Sequence record: PQ015378.1
Direction: 5' to 3' (one strand)
Length of the DNA stretch: 64,000 bases
Shown here: positions 55,016 through 63,797 of the stretch, piece after piece
How the letters are laid out: each line of letters begins with the position of its first letter
Numbering within the stretch: position 1 is the stretch's first letter
Notes under the pieces: generated by a model
The model's input: only the letters and a program-made list of their open reading frames with translations
The model's database searches: none
What the model was told of the DNA's origin: nothing
Made by a program: the position numbers and the translations under genes

Positions 55016-55733
55016 AATCAGGAACGTATTCCAATACTGGTTTCCAACCTCGGTTGAAGTCTGCCCCTGTCAATGGATGACGATAGAGACCTTTGTATGC
55101 TCCACTAGCATTACCCCGCACCAATCCGTCAGTGCCGGAAGCGATCTCTTGGATGATAGGGCTAGAACCACCAGTACTGTTTACGCCAGTCAAACCGAGT
55201 GCTGTTGGACTCATGTTAGCCAATGCAGGACCCTCAAGGTCAGTACCTGCCGAATCTGCCATCAGGCCATACATGATCTTGTTCCACTCAGTGCCGACTG
55301 TTTGTGGTCCACCAGCTGCGTTGTTACTTCCGGTATATGGATTAACATTACAGCCATTCATCAACCGAACTCGGAACTTGTATCCTTGGATCTCGATGAT
55401 TTTGTTCTGTGCTGCAGTGACGACCCCAATGCCGTTGAGTAGGTTCCATGACACCGTATTGCGCACAGACGATTTAGGGATATATAGTACGTTCTCTTTG
55501 TATGCCACTTTCACCCAACCCAGACCTGTGGCAGCTATAGCGGCGGCGGTAGGCTTAGTACCGAATGTCATACCCACAGCGGTAACTAGATCATCGTACT
55601 TGATGAGTGCGCTCTCGGCCATTTCACCAAAGAAACCTAATTGTGCGTCACCCTTCAGGATAACGTCTGGACCGGGCAACCCTTTCGGATAATCCCCTTT
55701 GTCTTTCATAACGTTTAGCAGTTGTTCGTTCAT
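55014..55733 (-). CDS. MNEQLL putative virion protein (single copy of the domain repeated in 49326-51308)
   Basis: GPDVILKGD..LGFFGE, WVKVAYKENVLYIPK, FRVRLMNG, EWNKIMY, GWKPVLE. Confidence 0.8.
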   Translation of the reverse strand: MNEQLLNVMKDKGDYPKGLPGPDVILKGDAQLGFFGEMAESALIKYDDLVTAVGMTFGTKPTAAAIAATGLGWVKVAYKENVLYIPKSSVRNTVSWNLLNGIGVVTAAQNKIIEIQGYKFRVRLMNGCNVNPYTGSNNAAGGPQTVGTEWNKIMYGLMADSAGTDLEGPALANMSPTALGLTGVNSTGGSSPIIQEIASGTDGLVRGNASGAYKGLYRHPLTGADFNRGWKPVLEYVPD

Positions 55734-55761
55734 GGTAAATTCCCCTCTAACATACCATAAC

Positions 55762-55790
55762 GACATAAGAGCATCCCGGAGGATGCTCTC
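55762..55790 (-). terminator. terminator of tRNA operon 3
   Basis: GAGCATCC-TCCG-GGATGCTC-TTATGTC. Confidence 0.75.
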
Positions 55791-55796
55791 ATTAAT

Positions 55797-55872
55797 TGGC
55801 TCCGAGACCAGGGTTCGAACCTGGGACCAACGGATTAACAGTCCGCTGCTCTACCGACTGAGCTATCTCGAA
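55797..55872 (-). tRNA. tRNA-Asn(GTT)
   Basis: 76 nt, loop CTGTTAA, G73, CCA. Confidence 0.95.
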
Positions 55873-55917
55873 TTGAAACTGTGGTGGTCGTATACTATTG
55901 TACACAACTCACCGAAA

Positions 55918-55993
55918 TGGTCGGAGTGGCAGGACTCGAACCTACGACCTCCTGGTCCCAAACCAGGCGCCCTACCAACTAGGCTACACTCCG
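55918..55993 (-). tRNA. tRNA-Pro(TGG)
   Basis: 76 nt, C1-G72, loop TTTGGGA, CCA. Confidence 0.95.
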
Positions 55994-56000
55994 ATGAAAC

Positions 56001-56077
56001 TGGCGGTTCCTACGGGGCTCGAACCCGTGACCTCTCGCGTGACAGGCGAGCGCTCTAACCGACTGAGCTAAGGAACC
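56001..56077 (-). tRNA. tRNA-Asp(GTC)
   Basis: 77 nt, loop CTGTCAC, G73, CCA. Confidence 0.95.
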
Positions 56078-56079
56078 TT

Positions 56080-56241
56080 TTAAGCGTGACGCTTGCGGCT
56101 AAGTGCGTAGTCCGCATCATTAACCGCTTCTTTGAGAGCTTGACGATCAAGCTTGAGATCTTTCCAACTGAGTCTGCTGCAGCAGCGACAATCAGCTGGG
56201 CCCATGTCCTTAAGAGGACGCTGATGAATCTTCACTTTCAT
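56080..56241 (-). CDS. 53-aa basic CxCC protein inside the tRNA operon
   Basis: GGAGAG RBS; MKVKIHQRPLKDMGPADCRCCSRL... Confidence 0.55.
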   Translation of the reverse strand: MKVKIHQRPLKDMGPADCRCCSRLSWKDLKLDRQALKEAVNDADYALSRKRHA

Positions 56242-56257
56242 GACAAGCTCTCCGAAA

Positions 56258-56344
56258 TGGTGGATCAAGGCTGGAATTGAACCGCTAGCCGGGGGCGGGG
56301 TGGTTACAGCACCCTGTCAGTAGCCATCTGACTCTACAAGATCC
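56258..56344 (-). tRNA. atypical tRNA-Tyr(GTA)-like gene
   Basis: GGGTG-CTGTAAC-CACCC anticodon arm, A73-CCA, TTCAATT T-loop; irregular acceptor, D and T stems. Confidence 0.65.
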
Positions 56345-56350
56345 GGAATG

Positions 56351-56442
56351 CATTGATAGCGCTCTAACCAGTAAGCTAACAGCCCTGTTCGATAGGCGGG
56401 CCTTCCGAGTCAAGGGAATTGAACCCAAGTTCTCTATCAATG
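56351..56442 (-). ncRNA. circularly permuted tRNA-like RNA (YrlA-type topology)
   Basis: order CATTGATAG - T arm - closed acceptor-like hairpin - D arm - CTATCAATG. Confidence 0.7.
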
Positions 56443-56477
56443 TCAAGATTAGTCATCGCAAGCGACAACTGCTCTCG

Positions 56478-56507
56478 TATACTATTACACACAAAGTATT
56501 TTATTTC
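56478..56507 (-). promoter_or_regulatory. middle-type promoter of tRNA operon 3
   Basis: GAAATAAAATACT-N8-AATAGTATA(CGAG). Confidence 0.8.
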
Positions 56508-56584
56508 TACGAGAGGGAACAACTGTGACTGGATCGCACTATCGCACTGATCCAATCACATATAGTTGTATACAAAACAACAAC

Positions 56585-57454
56585 TTACCCAATGAACACC
56601 ACTCTGGTATTCACGCGACCCAGTCGTGCCAACACACGGTACAGCTTGTTGATGTTGAAGTCGTCACTGTGGAAGCGACGATAAGCGTTAGTGATCACGA
56701 TGGTGTGGAAGTTCTTGTGGAACTGAGGGAAGTGTTCCAGCAGGTAGTCGTATGCCCACTTGGACTCCCAGAACCACTTACGGTGGGTAGTCATTACCTG
56801 AGCGCCATCACCCGGTTGAGACATGTCGATCGAGATCTCTTCATCCGGTTCAGCCGATACGAATGCAAGTGCCTTACGGACATCGGTCGTGTTGATCAGT
56901 TGTTGTTCCACGATGTTCTTGTGGAGGGTATCCATCTCCATCAGCTTGTACAGCACGGAGTAGCTGGAACGGTCGGTACGAGAATGCATGTCATCTACAT
57001 CGATGTGCACGTAGCCGTCGCCCAGGTTTTCCAGGAATACTTTCTGGAATTGCTTGAGGTCACCCAATGCTGGGCCGACCAGGAAAGAGGTATTGTCACG
57101 GACTTGTTTCCAGTCCGGCACCTGATCATAAGTCAGATGGGCAAACGAAGGCTTGTAGGTGATACTCGCCAGATGCATGGCGGCTACTTGGTCCGGTTGA
57201 TCGTAGACCAGTTCTTCACTATCACGTTCCGGTTCAGAGAACCAATAATGCAATGCATCGTAACGCACGTAAGTGCTCTGACCAATCAGTTGATCGACTA
57301 AACGCTTGGATGATGGCATCAGGTGGTAGAGGCCGGTGTACGAATTATCAGCACTGCAGACCGCGTAAGTGGTCAGTGGCATGAACTCGATTGGTTTTCC
57401 GTCATCCTCTAGAGCGACACGGCATTCTTGCATTGTGGAGCGGAGGCTTTTCAT
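56585..57454 (-). CDS. hypothetical protein
   Basis: AAGGA RBS; 289 aa. Confidence 0.75.
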   Translation of the reverse strand: MKSLRSTMQECRVALEDDGKPIEFMPLTTYAVCSADNSYTGLYHLMPSSKRLVDQLIGQSTYVRYDALHYWFSEPERDSEELVYDQPDQVAAMHLASITYKPSFAHLTYDQVPDWKQVRDNTSFLVGPALGDLKQFQKVFLENLGDGYVHIDVDDMHSRTDRSSYSVLYKLMEMDTLHKNIVEQQLINTTDVRKALAFVSAEPDEEISIDMSQPGDGAQVMTTHRKWFWESKWAYDYLLEHFPQFHKNFHTIVITNAYRRFHSDDFNINKLYRVLARLGRVNTRVVFIG

Positions 57455-57534
57455 TTCTGTATCCTTTCCCCTTACTGGGGTGTGGTGTCAGTATAAGTAG
57501 CGGTATTGCTACACAGCATAACTTCCCGAGTATT

Positions 57535-57939
57535 TTAACTCGGGAAGGTACCAGTGTAGATGTCGTAGAAGGCTGTACCGTAACGATCATTAGGCCAGCG
57601 CTTCTTGAATGCTTCGCGTGCTTCTTGCATTTGTTCTGGAGTCAGGATGATTTCATTGTAATCGAAATCATGCCAACCTAGGGTAACGAACCGTCCGGTC
57701 TTCGGATGGTAATAGAGATACTCGCCGCTATCGACAGGCATGAACAGAGTGTTCGCCTTCTCGTCCAGTTCTTTACGACGCTCGCGCTCAGCAGACAACC
57801 GCGACTCCCTTTCCAGCCAAGTCTCTTTCGGCTGCATCGATGGATACTCCACGATGTGCAGAATCGTCGGACGACGAATGTACGGGGTAGGTGCACAGAG
57901 CATGCGCATCTGTTCTTCTGTAACCAGGTATCCACTCAT
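57535..57939 (-). CDS. hypothetical protein
   Basis: ATGA coupling. Confidence 0.7.
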   Translation of the reverse strand: MSGYLVTEEQMRMLCAPTPYIRRPTILHIVEYPSMQPKETWLERESRLSAERERRKELDEKANTLFMPVDSGEYLYYHPKTGRFVTLGWHDFDYNEIILTPEQMQEAREAFKKRWPNDRYGTAFYDIYTGTFPS

Positions 57940-58112
57940 TTGCTTTTCACCGTTACGCGGTAAGCTTTGCTCCAGAGGTCTACTCGGGCAAAGGGACGGA
58001 ATTTATGGCGCCCTGCACCAACACGAATCATTTCACCGCCAGCTTCAAGTTCGATGGGTGTGACTTCGAGTTGGGAGAACAGTTTGTACACGGGGTTGAC
58101 GAGGTATTCCAT
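57936..58112 (-). CDS. small hypothetical protein
   Basis: GGAG RBS; begins MEYLVNP. Confidence 0.65.
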   Translation of the reverse strand: MEYLVNPVYKLFSQLEVTPIELEAGGEMIRVGAGRHKFRPFARVDLWSKAYRVTVKSK

Positions 58113-58132
58113 TGCTATCTCCAAATGAGCCG

Positions 58133-58160
58133 GACATAAGGCTGCCCGCAGGCAGCCCTA
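58133..58160 (-). terminator. hairpin terminator closing an sRNA cassette
   Basis: AGGGCTGCC-TGCG-GGCAGCCTT-ATGTC. Confidence 0.75.
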
Positions 58161-58250
58161 AGAGGTGAAGCCACAGAAGGATTACTTCTAGAAGCGCTCC
58201 GAGGATGCTCCGGCGAGTGACTGGTGGTGTCGAAGCATGCAGATCTTCAA
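58160..58250 (-). ncRNA. stand-alone ~100-nt sRNA candidate
   Basis: lies between a consensus promoter and a terminator; only a 16-codon ORF without a good RBS; short hairpins. Confidence 0.5.
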
Positions 58251-58251
58251 C

Positions 58252-58281
58252 TATACTATCACCCGCTGAGTATTTTATTTC
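58252..58281 (-). promoter_or_regulatory. middle-type promoter overlapping a stop codon
   Basis: GAAATAAAATACT-N8-GATAGTATA. Confidence 0.8.
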
Positions 58282-60032
58282 ACGGAACGTTCGATCAATT
58301 GGAAGCGTGCCATCAAGTGCGCCTTGATGCCATGAAGTTCCCCGCCCATCCGTGCATCATCTGTCAGCTTCTCCACCAGGTTACCGTAGTTCTCAAGGAA
58401 CTTGTAGGCTCCTTCATAACCGGCTTCCTTCATTTCATCCATGGCACTCTTATATGACTGACCTTCGACGTATTTCCAGTTACGGTACCAATCCTTACCA
58501 TTCCCTTTGACGAAACCGGTAATCTCAGAAAGCATCTTCGTATCTGCTTTGAATGTATCAAAAATTTCCACCAAGCGTTTGGCCAGTTGGTTTACTTCCA
58601 GTTCACTCAGTGCGTCAGTGGTACCCTCACGCGGCTTAGTGGTATCCGGCTCGTATTTGGAGATCTTGTAAGTGCGGACTGAGTTGAGCTTAGTATTTAG
58701 CTCTTTCATCTTGGACGCATCTTTACAGGCACCGTTGTCCATTGCACTCACTATCTCTTCCAACACTTTCGCGACGGGAGCTAGTACTTCACGTTTCTCT
58801 TTCCGACGTGCTTCTGTTTTGACCAGGTAGTCGGCGATGGTTTTGTCACCTTCTTTACCGAGTAGGTTCAGCCCATTGATGGATACGGTACCTTCGTTAA
58901 CGCCGCGACGTTTCACCCAACCAGGGTTGGCATACTTCTCACGGAGCTCTTTCTCGATGTCATATAGGAACCCTTTACCAACGGTGTCGTAAATCTTACC
59001 GTCTTTGTCTGCGTCGAACAGTTTACGAACGGAGTCAACAATGCCTTCGTTGGATGCTACTTCGTCACCAGCCACGCCTTTACCACCTTTGAATGAACGT
59101 TCCATATAGACCACTGCTGCTACGCACGACGCTTCGAACTGGCGGAATGCTGCCATCATTTCCGGAACGTTGTCGATGTTGATTTTGCGGAAGACTCCTT
59201 TGATGAGTTCTTGCCATGCTTCGATGTTGTAGGACTTCGAGTGTCCGTCGTTACGATCGACTTCATTATCTACGTCGAAGAACCCTTCCAAGTCATCGTA
59301 GAGATAGTCCAACCCAGTCTCGATCTTGGAACTATCTTCCTTCATCGAGGTCAGGATGATCGTAGCCAGTTCGAGTGTATCTTCTGGAGACAGTGGGTCT
59401 GCACCTTCTTTGGATGCTTCGCCGGGCAACAGGTTGGTCTTGATACGCGTGGGCTTCTTGATGACCTCACCCACCGATTTGACTTCTTTGAGCATTGCAC
59501 GAGTTTCTTCGTACAGTTCGTCAGTGATATTGTCGACAGACCACTTCGACATAACGGGCATCATCTGTTTCAAGACTTCTTGCTGCGCGGTGTTCAGCGC
59601 GTCTTGGAAAGAAGCGTTGATCGCATAGGTCTCTTTGATGGTACCTGTCAAGTTGGTGAAGTTTAGGCGATCAGCCAGATCACCGACTTTGATCTTGTGG
59701 TCGATTGGTGTTTGCTTGTCGATCCATGCTTTGTTGGCAAAGGTATCACCGAGAGTCTTCAACAGCTTGGCTGCGTTAGCCTGTGCGTTGCCATCCATCT
59801 CGACGAAGTTACGACCGCGGTTGTGCACCTTGAAAAACTTACGAACGGATTCGATGATCGACTCGTTGGATGCAGTGAGGTCTTCCGTCATTTGTGGGTC
59901 AGCAATGACGTGGTCGGGTTTTGGTGTTTCTTGCTCAGGGAGCTGGGGCCGGTGGGACGGATCTTCGCGGGAGTCTTCCTCGTGCAGAGGGGCTTCATCC
60001 GGTTGAGCCGACATCCATTCGTACGTGTTCAT
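58275..60032 (-). CDS. putative internal head protein with two tandem paralogous domains and S-N-E protease sites
   Basis: acidic propeptide then ASNE/SIIESVRKFF; internal ASNE/GIVDSVRKLF; both halves end in MERSFK / IERSVK. Confidence 0.75.
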   Translation of the reverse strand: MNTYEWMSAQPDEAPLHEEDSREDPSHRPQLPEQETPKPDHVIADPQMTEDLTASNESIIESVRKFFKVHNRGRNFVEMDGNAQANAAKLLKTLGDTFANKAWIDKQTPIDHKIKVGDLADRLNFTNLTGTIKETYAINASFQDALNTAQQEVLKQMMPVMSKWSVDNITDELYEETRAMLKEVKSVGEVIKKPTRIKTNLLPGEASKEGADPLSPEDTLELATIILTSMKEDSSKIETGLDYLYDDLEGFFDVDNEVDRNDGHSKSYNIEAWQELIKGVFRKINIDNVPEMMAAFRQFEASCVAAVVYMERSFKGGKGVAGDEVASNEGIVDSVRKLFDADKDGKIYDTVGKGFLYDIEKELREKYANPGWVKRRGVNEGTVSINGLNLLGKEGDKTIADYLVKTEARRKEKREVLAPVAKVLEEIVSAMDNGACKDASKMKELNTKLNSVRTYKISKYEPDTTKPREGTTDALSELEVNQLAKRLVEIFDTFKADTKMLSEITGFVKGNGKDWYRNWKYVEGQSYKSAMDEMKEAGYEGAYKFLENYGNLVEKLTDDARMGGELHGIKAHLMARFQLIERSVK

Positions 60033-60071
60033 GTTCGGTCCTTGGGGGAGTGTGATGTGTATAAGATTGCC

Positions 60072-60098
60072 GACATAAGGCCTCCCGTTGGGGAGGCC
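60072..60098 (-). terminator. hairpin terminator after nrdB
   Basis: GGCCTCCC-CAAC-GGGAGGCC-TTATGTC. Confidence 0.8.
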
Positions 60099-60107
60099 AG
60101 TATGTTG

Positions 60108-61328
60108 TTACGGTGTGCCGATGGCTTCGTTCATTTTGAAGTTCGACATGTCGACACCAGGGATACTGAATGCGAACACATCAGTTTCCGAACGACGGTC
60201 GAGAAGGTTGGTCATGTAGTCACCTTTCTTCTCTTCCTGTGGGGACGACTGGGTACCCGAGATGTTGATGTACTTCGTCATGTACGGCAGCGGGTTGGCT
60301 TCCGGCCATACGAAGTCGAAACCAGCCATCTCAGCGAAGTCTGCATCGAAGCGGAACCAGATGTCATCCTTCACTTCGAAGAACTCAGCAGCTGCTTTGG
60401 CGTTGTACAGTACCCAGTTGATCAGCGACTTGGCAGTAACACCAGTCAGTTCACGACCTTCAGAGAACAGATACATTACCCAGCGGATTTCAGTAGCAAT
60501 GATTTCCCACAGTAGTTTGATGATCAGCTCACGGCACTGCTCGTAGGCTACACGACCACGTTCGGTTGCCAGCTCGTTACGCATCACGAACTGACCGAAC
60601 TGTGCGTGGATCTCGAACTCGTCCACAGCGATCTTCTGGACAGCTTTGGTGATCTGTTGGAACAGGCCGGTACGACCGATAGCGAAGGTCACAGCGAACG
60701 ACGCCATGAACTGGATACGCTCCAGGAAGTACAGAGCGACCAGGAACATGAAGATGTCGTTATAGGTCTCTTGGTTGTTCTCAACCTGGCCCAGACCATA
60801 CTTCAGTGATGTCTCTTGAGCTTTCGCCATTACCGCAGCAACGGTAGCCATACGACCGTGTGCTTCTTCTACTGCCAGGATCTCGTCACGGATTTCATCT
60901 GGGTCATCGAACGAACCACGAACGATTTCCGAGTAGGTCAGTGCGTGTACACATTCGTTTTCGGAGATGCGGTTGTAGCCGGTCCAGATACGACCATCAG
61001 TGATGACGTTACCCAGGATGGTAACGATCGAGCGAGAAGCAACGGAGTCTGCTTCCCATTGCCAGGCCAGCGTCTTGATCATCATGTCGTAGATCGAGCG
61101 ATCGCACGACTTGAAGTCAGCGTTACAGGTGAAGAAGTCGAATTCGAGTTCGTCCCAGTCCAGGTTACGCAAACGCTTGTAGACAGCCCAGGCTTCTGGG
61201 TGGTTGTTGGTGATCGAGTCCAGCAGGCCAGATTCCTGACCCAGGACGATGTTGTACGAGCCGTAGTCTGACTTGTTCAGGTTGAAGATCTTTGGGTTGA
61301 GTACGGATGCAACAGTTTGTTCGGTCAT
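60108..61328 (-). CDS. nrdB: class Ia ribonucleotide reductase beta subunit
   Basis: diiron motifs WEAD, ENECVHALTY (ExxHxxxY), YFLERIQF, VDEFEIH; C-terminal SPQE...DY tail. Confidence 0.93.
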   Translation of the reverse strand: MTEQTVASVLNPKIFNLNKSDYGSYNIVLGQESGLLDSITNNHPEAWAVYKRLRNLDWDELEFDFFTCNADFKSCDRSIYDMMIKTLAWQWEADSVASRSIVTILGNVITDGRIWTGYNRISENECVHALTYSEIVRGSFDDPDEIRDEILAVEEAHGRMATVAAVMAKAQETSLKYGLGQVENNQETYNDIFMFLVALYFLERIQFMASFAVTFAIGRTGLFQQITKAVQKIAVDEFEIHAQFGQFVMRNELATERGRVAYEQCRELIIKLLWEIIATEIRWVMYLFSEGRELTGVTAKSLINWVLYNAKAAAEFFEVKDDIWFRFDADFAEMAGFDFVWPEANPLPYMTKYINISGTQSSPQEEKKGDYMTNLLDRRSETDVFAFSIPGVDMSNFKMNEAIGTP

Positions 61329-61377
61329 GTGGGTATTCCAGATTGGGGGTAGAAGGGTGGCCAGAGCCACCCAGTCT

Positions 61378-63672
61378 TTAGAGAGAGCAAGCGCCGCCAG
61401 CACAGCCGACTTCAGCACCATCAGTGTTGGTACGAGCGATACCGGAGACAACACCGTCCAGGCTCAGACCCGAAGGTAGTTCCACGTTGTGGTAGTACCG
61501 GGTCTTCATACCGACTTCGTTCATGTACAGCCAGTCACCGATCAGTTCATCGGAAGTGATCTTCTCTTTGCCCGGTTCGATCCGGCGGAACAGGTCGGCC
61601 GATACAGCACCGTCTGTAAGAGATTGGATGACAGCGTAGAACATGATCTGGCGTCGAGTTGGGATATCCCATGCCAGCTGGTATTTGTACGCTGGGTTGT
61701 CACCGTAAGGAGCAGCCCACTGGATGGTCACGTTGTTGTCGGTCTTGATGATCGTCAGTGCACGGATAGCGTAAACCGAGTTAGCACCACCCAGAGCTTT
61801 CGAGGAAGCTTCGCCGGGCATGAATGCCGACAGCACGGAGTGAGCCAGACCGCCATTGGCGATGACACGAGCACGCAGACCTTCCCAGTCTTGATAGAAG
61901 ACGAAACCGCCTTCAACGAAGCCCTGGACGTTCTGGTTGGCGGTATCGATTGGCATCCAACCTTGAGGCCACTTGGTTTTATGGATCCATGGAGCCAGGC
62001 CACGTTCTGTCGAGATCTTCAGCGATGCTTCGATCAGGCAGTACATGTGCATTTCGGTAACGCGGTGAACTTCACGCAGACCTTCATCGGACGAGTAGTC
62101 CAGACCCAGTTCAGCCATGTGGGTAGCGAGACCCATGATACCAACACCTGCAGAACGGCGAGCTTGTGCAGTCATCTTCAGGTGAGGGAAGGCGTACTCG
62201 GAGTGATCGATACAGTAATCGATCATCTTCAGGGCGTAGTACATGACCAGAGCGTAACGCGCTTGGGTCTTGATGTTGTTGATCACGCCAGCCGCCAGCG
62301 AGCAGGTAGCAATCTCACCACGACCATGGTCTTCTTCCGAGTGTAGGTCCTGCATCGAATAGTACGGTGCAGTTGGCTGGACGATTTCCAGGCACAGGTT
62401 CGACGAGTAGATCGGATCGAGGAACGGGGTGTGACGGTTGATCTCGGAGATGTTCGCCCAGTACGACGTACCAGTTTCGATACCTTCGTTCAGTGCGGTC
62501 AGGACGATCTTACGTGCATCGACGTAGACCTTCTTGAACTTCGGATCTTTCTCGTAGCGCTGATAGATCTTGATGAAGTCACCGACGTCGCCTTTGTAGA
62601 AGGCTTCGTGTAGATCTGGAGCAGTGAAGACGTTCCAGGTCATCATCGGCAGTCGGTGTGCAACCAGGTATGCCGTGAAGGTGTTGGTCATCATTGCGTA
62701 GTGCAGGTCACGGTTCTTCTTGTCGTCAGTCGACTTCGGGTTACGCAGTCGAGCAATGACTTCTGCTTCTGGATCGTACGCGTTGTAGTACAGGGAGATT
62801 GCACCGCCACGACCGTTCTGGGTGTTTGCACGGACAGCTTTACCCAGTGCTGCGATGTAAGGCAGTTTGCCCTGGTGCTTGATCAGTCCGTTGCGGACTT
62901 GGTCGTGCAGCGAACGAGTAATCAGGTTGACGCCGATACCAGCAGCTTTCTGGGTCATGACGTTGGCGATGTAGTCGCCGATAGCCAGAGACACGCCGTT
63001 ATCGCCTTGAGCGAACAGGCAGCACGAAGCGAAGCCTTTCAGGACGGTACCCAGGTTAACGTAGTTCGGAGTTGGTGCAGACAGTTCACGCTGGGAGAAC
63101 ATCTCGTAGAAGTTACGGACGTGTTCCATGCGAGTCTCACGCGGCTCATGTTCGGACAGAGCCATCGCCATTCGCATGTAGGTGAACTGAGGTGTTTCGT
63201 ATTCTTTCTTGGTTACACGGTTCATCAGGGAATACTTCTGACGAATGTGGTGCAACGCGAAGTGTGGGGAGTCCATGTCCAGATCGTGATTGATCAGACG
63301 CTCCAGTTGGGCATACTCACGAGTGGAGTAGTCCAGTTTGACCATGACGCCATCTTTACGCATGCGGGCATGCAGAGCCTTGATAGAAGGCAGCCCTTCC
63401 AGACCGTAGATGTGTTTACGGACCTTGACTGAGTACAGTCGACCTGCTGCAACGTATGCAGACCAGGTTTCCATGTCCAGCAGTCGATCGATCAGAGCTT
63501 GTTGGAAGTCCTGTGAGTGTACGGTCTCTGGCATCGAAGCCACAGTGTCCATTACTACAGAAGCCCAGTCGATGTTGTAAAGGTTCTTCGAGAACCATTC
63601 GCCCCAGCCATTCACTTTAGCAGCGCTGAAAGGTTCGGAAGTTCCGTCCATTTTGATGATGGTCTTGATCAT
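61378..63672 (-). CDS. nrdA: class Ia ribonucleotide reductase alpha subunit
   Basis: SAPTP, FASCCL, NLCLE (thiyl Cys), MPGEASS, KTRYY, C-terminal CAGGAC; N-terminal ATP-cone-like IIKMDG. Confidence 0.95.
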   Translation of the reverse strand: MIKTIIKMDGTSEPFSAAKVNGWGEWFSKNLYNIDWASVVMDTVASMPETVHSQDFQQALIDRLLDMETWSAYVAAGRLYSVKVRKHIYGLEGLPSIKALHARMRKDGVMVKLDYSTREYAQLERLINHDLDMDSPHFALHHIRQKYSLMNRVTKKEYETPQFTYMRMAMALSEHEPRETRMEHVRNFYEMFSQRELSAPTPNYVNLGTVLKGFASCCLFAQGDNGVSLAIGDYIANVMTQKAAGIGVNLITRSLHDQVRNGLIKHQGKLPYIAALGKAVRANTQNGRGGAISLYYNAYDPEAEVIARLRNPKSTDDKKNRDLHYAMMTNTFTAYLVAHRLPMMTWNVFTAPDLHEAFYKGDVGDFIKIYQRYEKDPKFKKVYVDARKIVLTALNEGIETGTSYWANISEINRHTPFLDPIYSSNLCLEIVQPTAPYYSMQDLHSEEDHGRGEIATCSLAAGVINNIKTQARYALVMYYALKMIDYCIDHSEYAFPHLKMTAQARRSAGVGIMGLATHMAELGLDYSSDEGLREVHRVTEMHMYCLIEASLKISTERGLAPWIHKTKWPQGWMPIDTANQNVQGFVEGGFVFYQDWEGLRARVIANGGLAHSVLSAFMPGEASSKALGGANSVYAIRALTIIKTDNNVTIQWAAPYGDNPAYKYQLAWDIPTRRQIMFYAVIQSLTDGAVSADLFRRIEPGKEKITSDELIGDWLYMNEVGMKTRYYHNVELPSGLSLDGVVSGIARTNTDGAEVGCAGGACSL

Positions 63673-63723
63673 TTGTTACTACCATGTCTGTCGGTGTGAG
63701 GGTTGGGAGATCAGAGATCTAAA

Positions 63724-63751
63724 CATACTCTTAGGGTGATGAGTATTTCCC
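63724..63751 (-). promoter_or_regulatory. middle-type promoter for nrdAB
   Basis: GGGAAATACT-N9-AAGAGTATG. Confidence 0.55.
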
Positions 63752-63770
63752 AATTTGTACTTCAAAGGGA

Positions 63771-63797
63771 AGTTTTACTCCCCGGTCGCATAGTATG
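63771..63797 (+). promoter_or_regulatory. divergent middle-type promoter
   Basis: AGTTTTACT-N9-CATAGTATG. Confidence 0.5.

Noticed and set aside
55888-55899. AATAGTATACGA half-site upstream of tRNA-Asn
   Set aside because: Lacks the upstream AAATACT box; may be a weak internal promoter but is unsupported.
57519-57548. TTCCCGAGT-ATTTTA-ACTCGGGAA inverted repeat with an AAAATACT box
   Set aside because: The second promoter box (AGTAT) is missing at the right spacing; probably a terminator or partial promoter, so not called.
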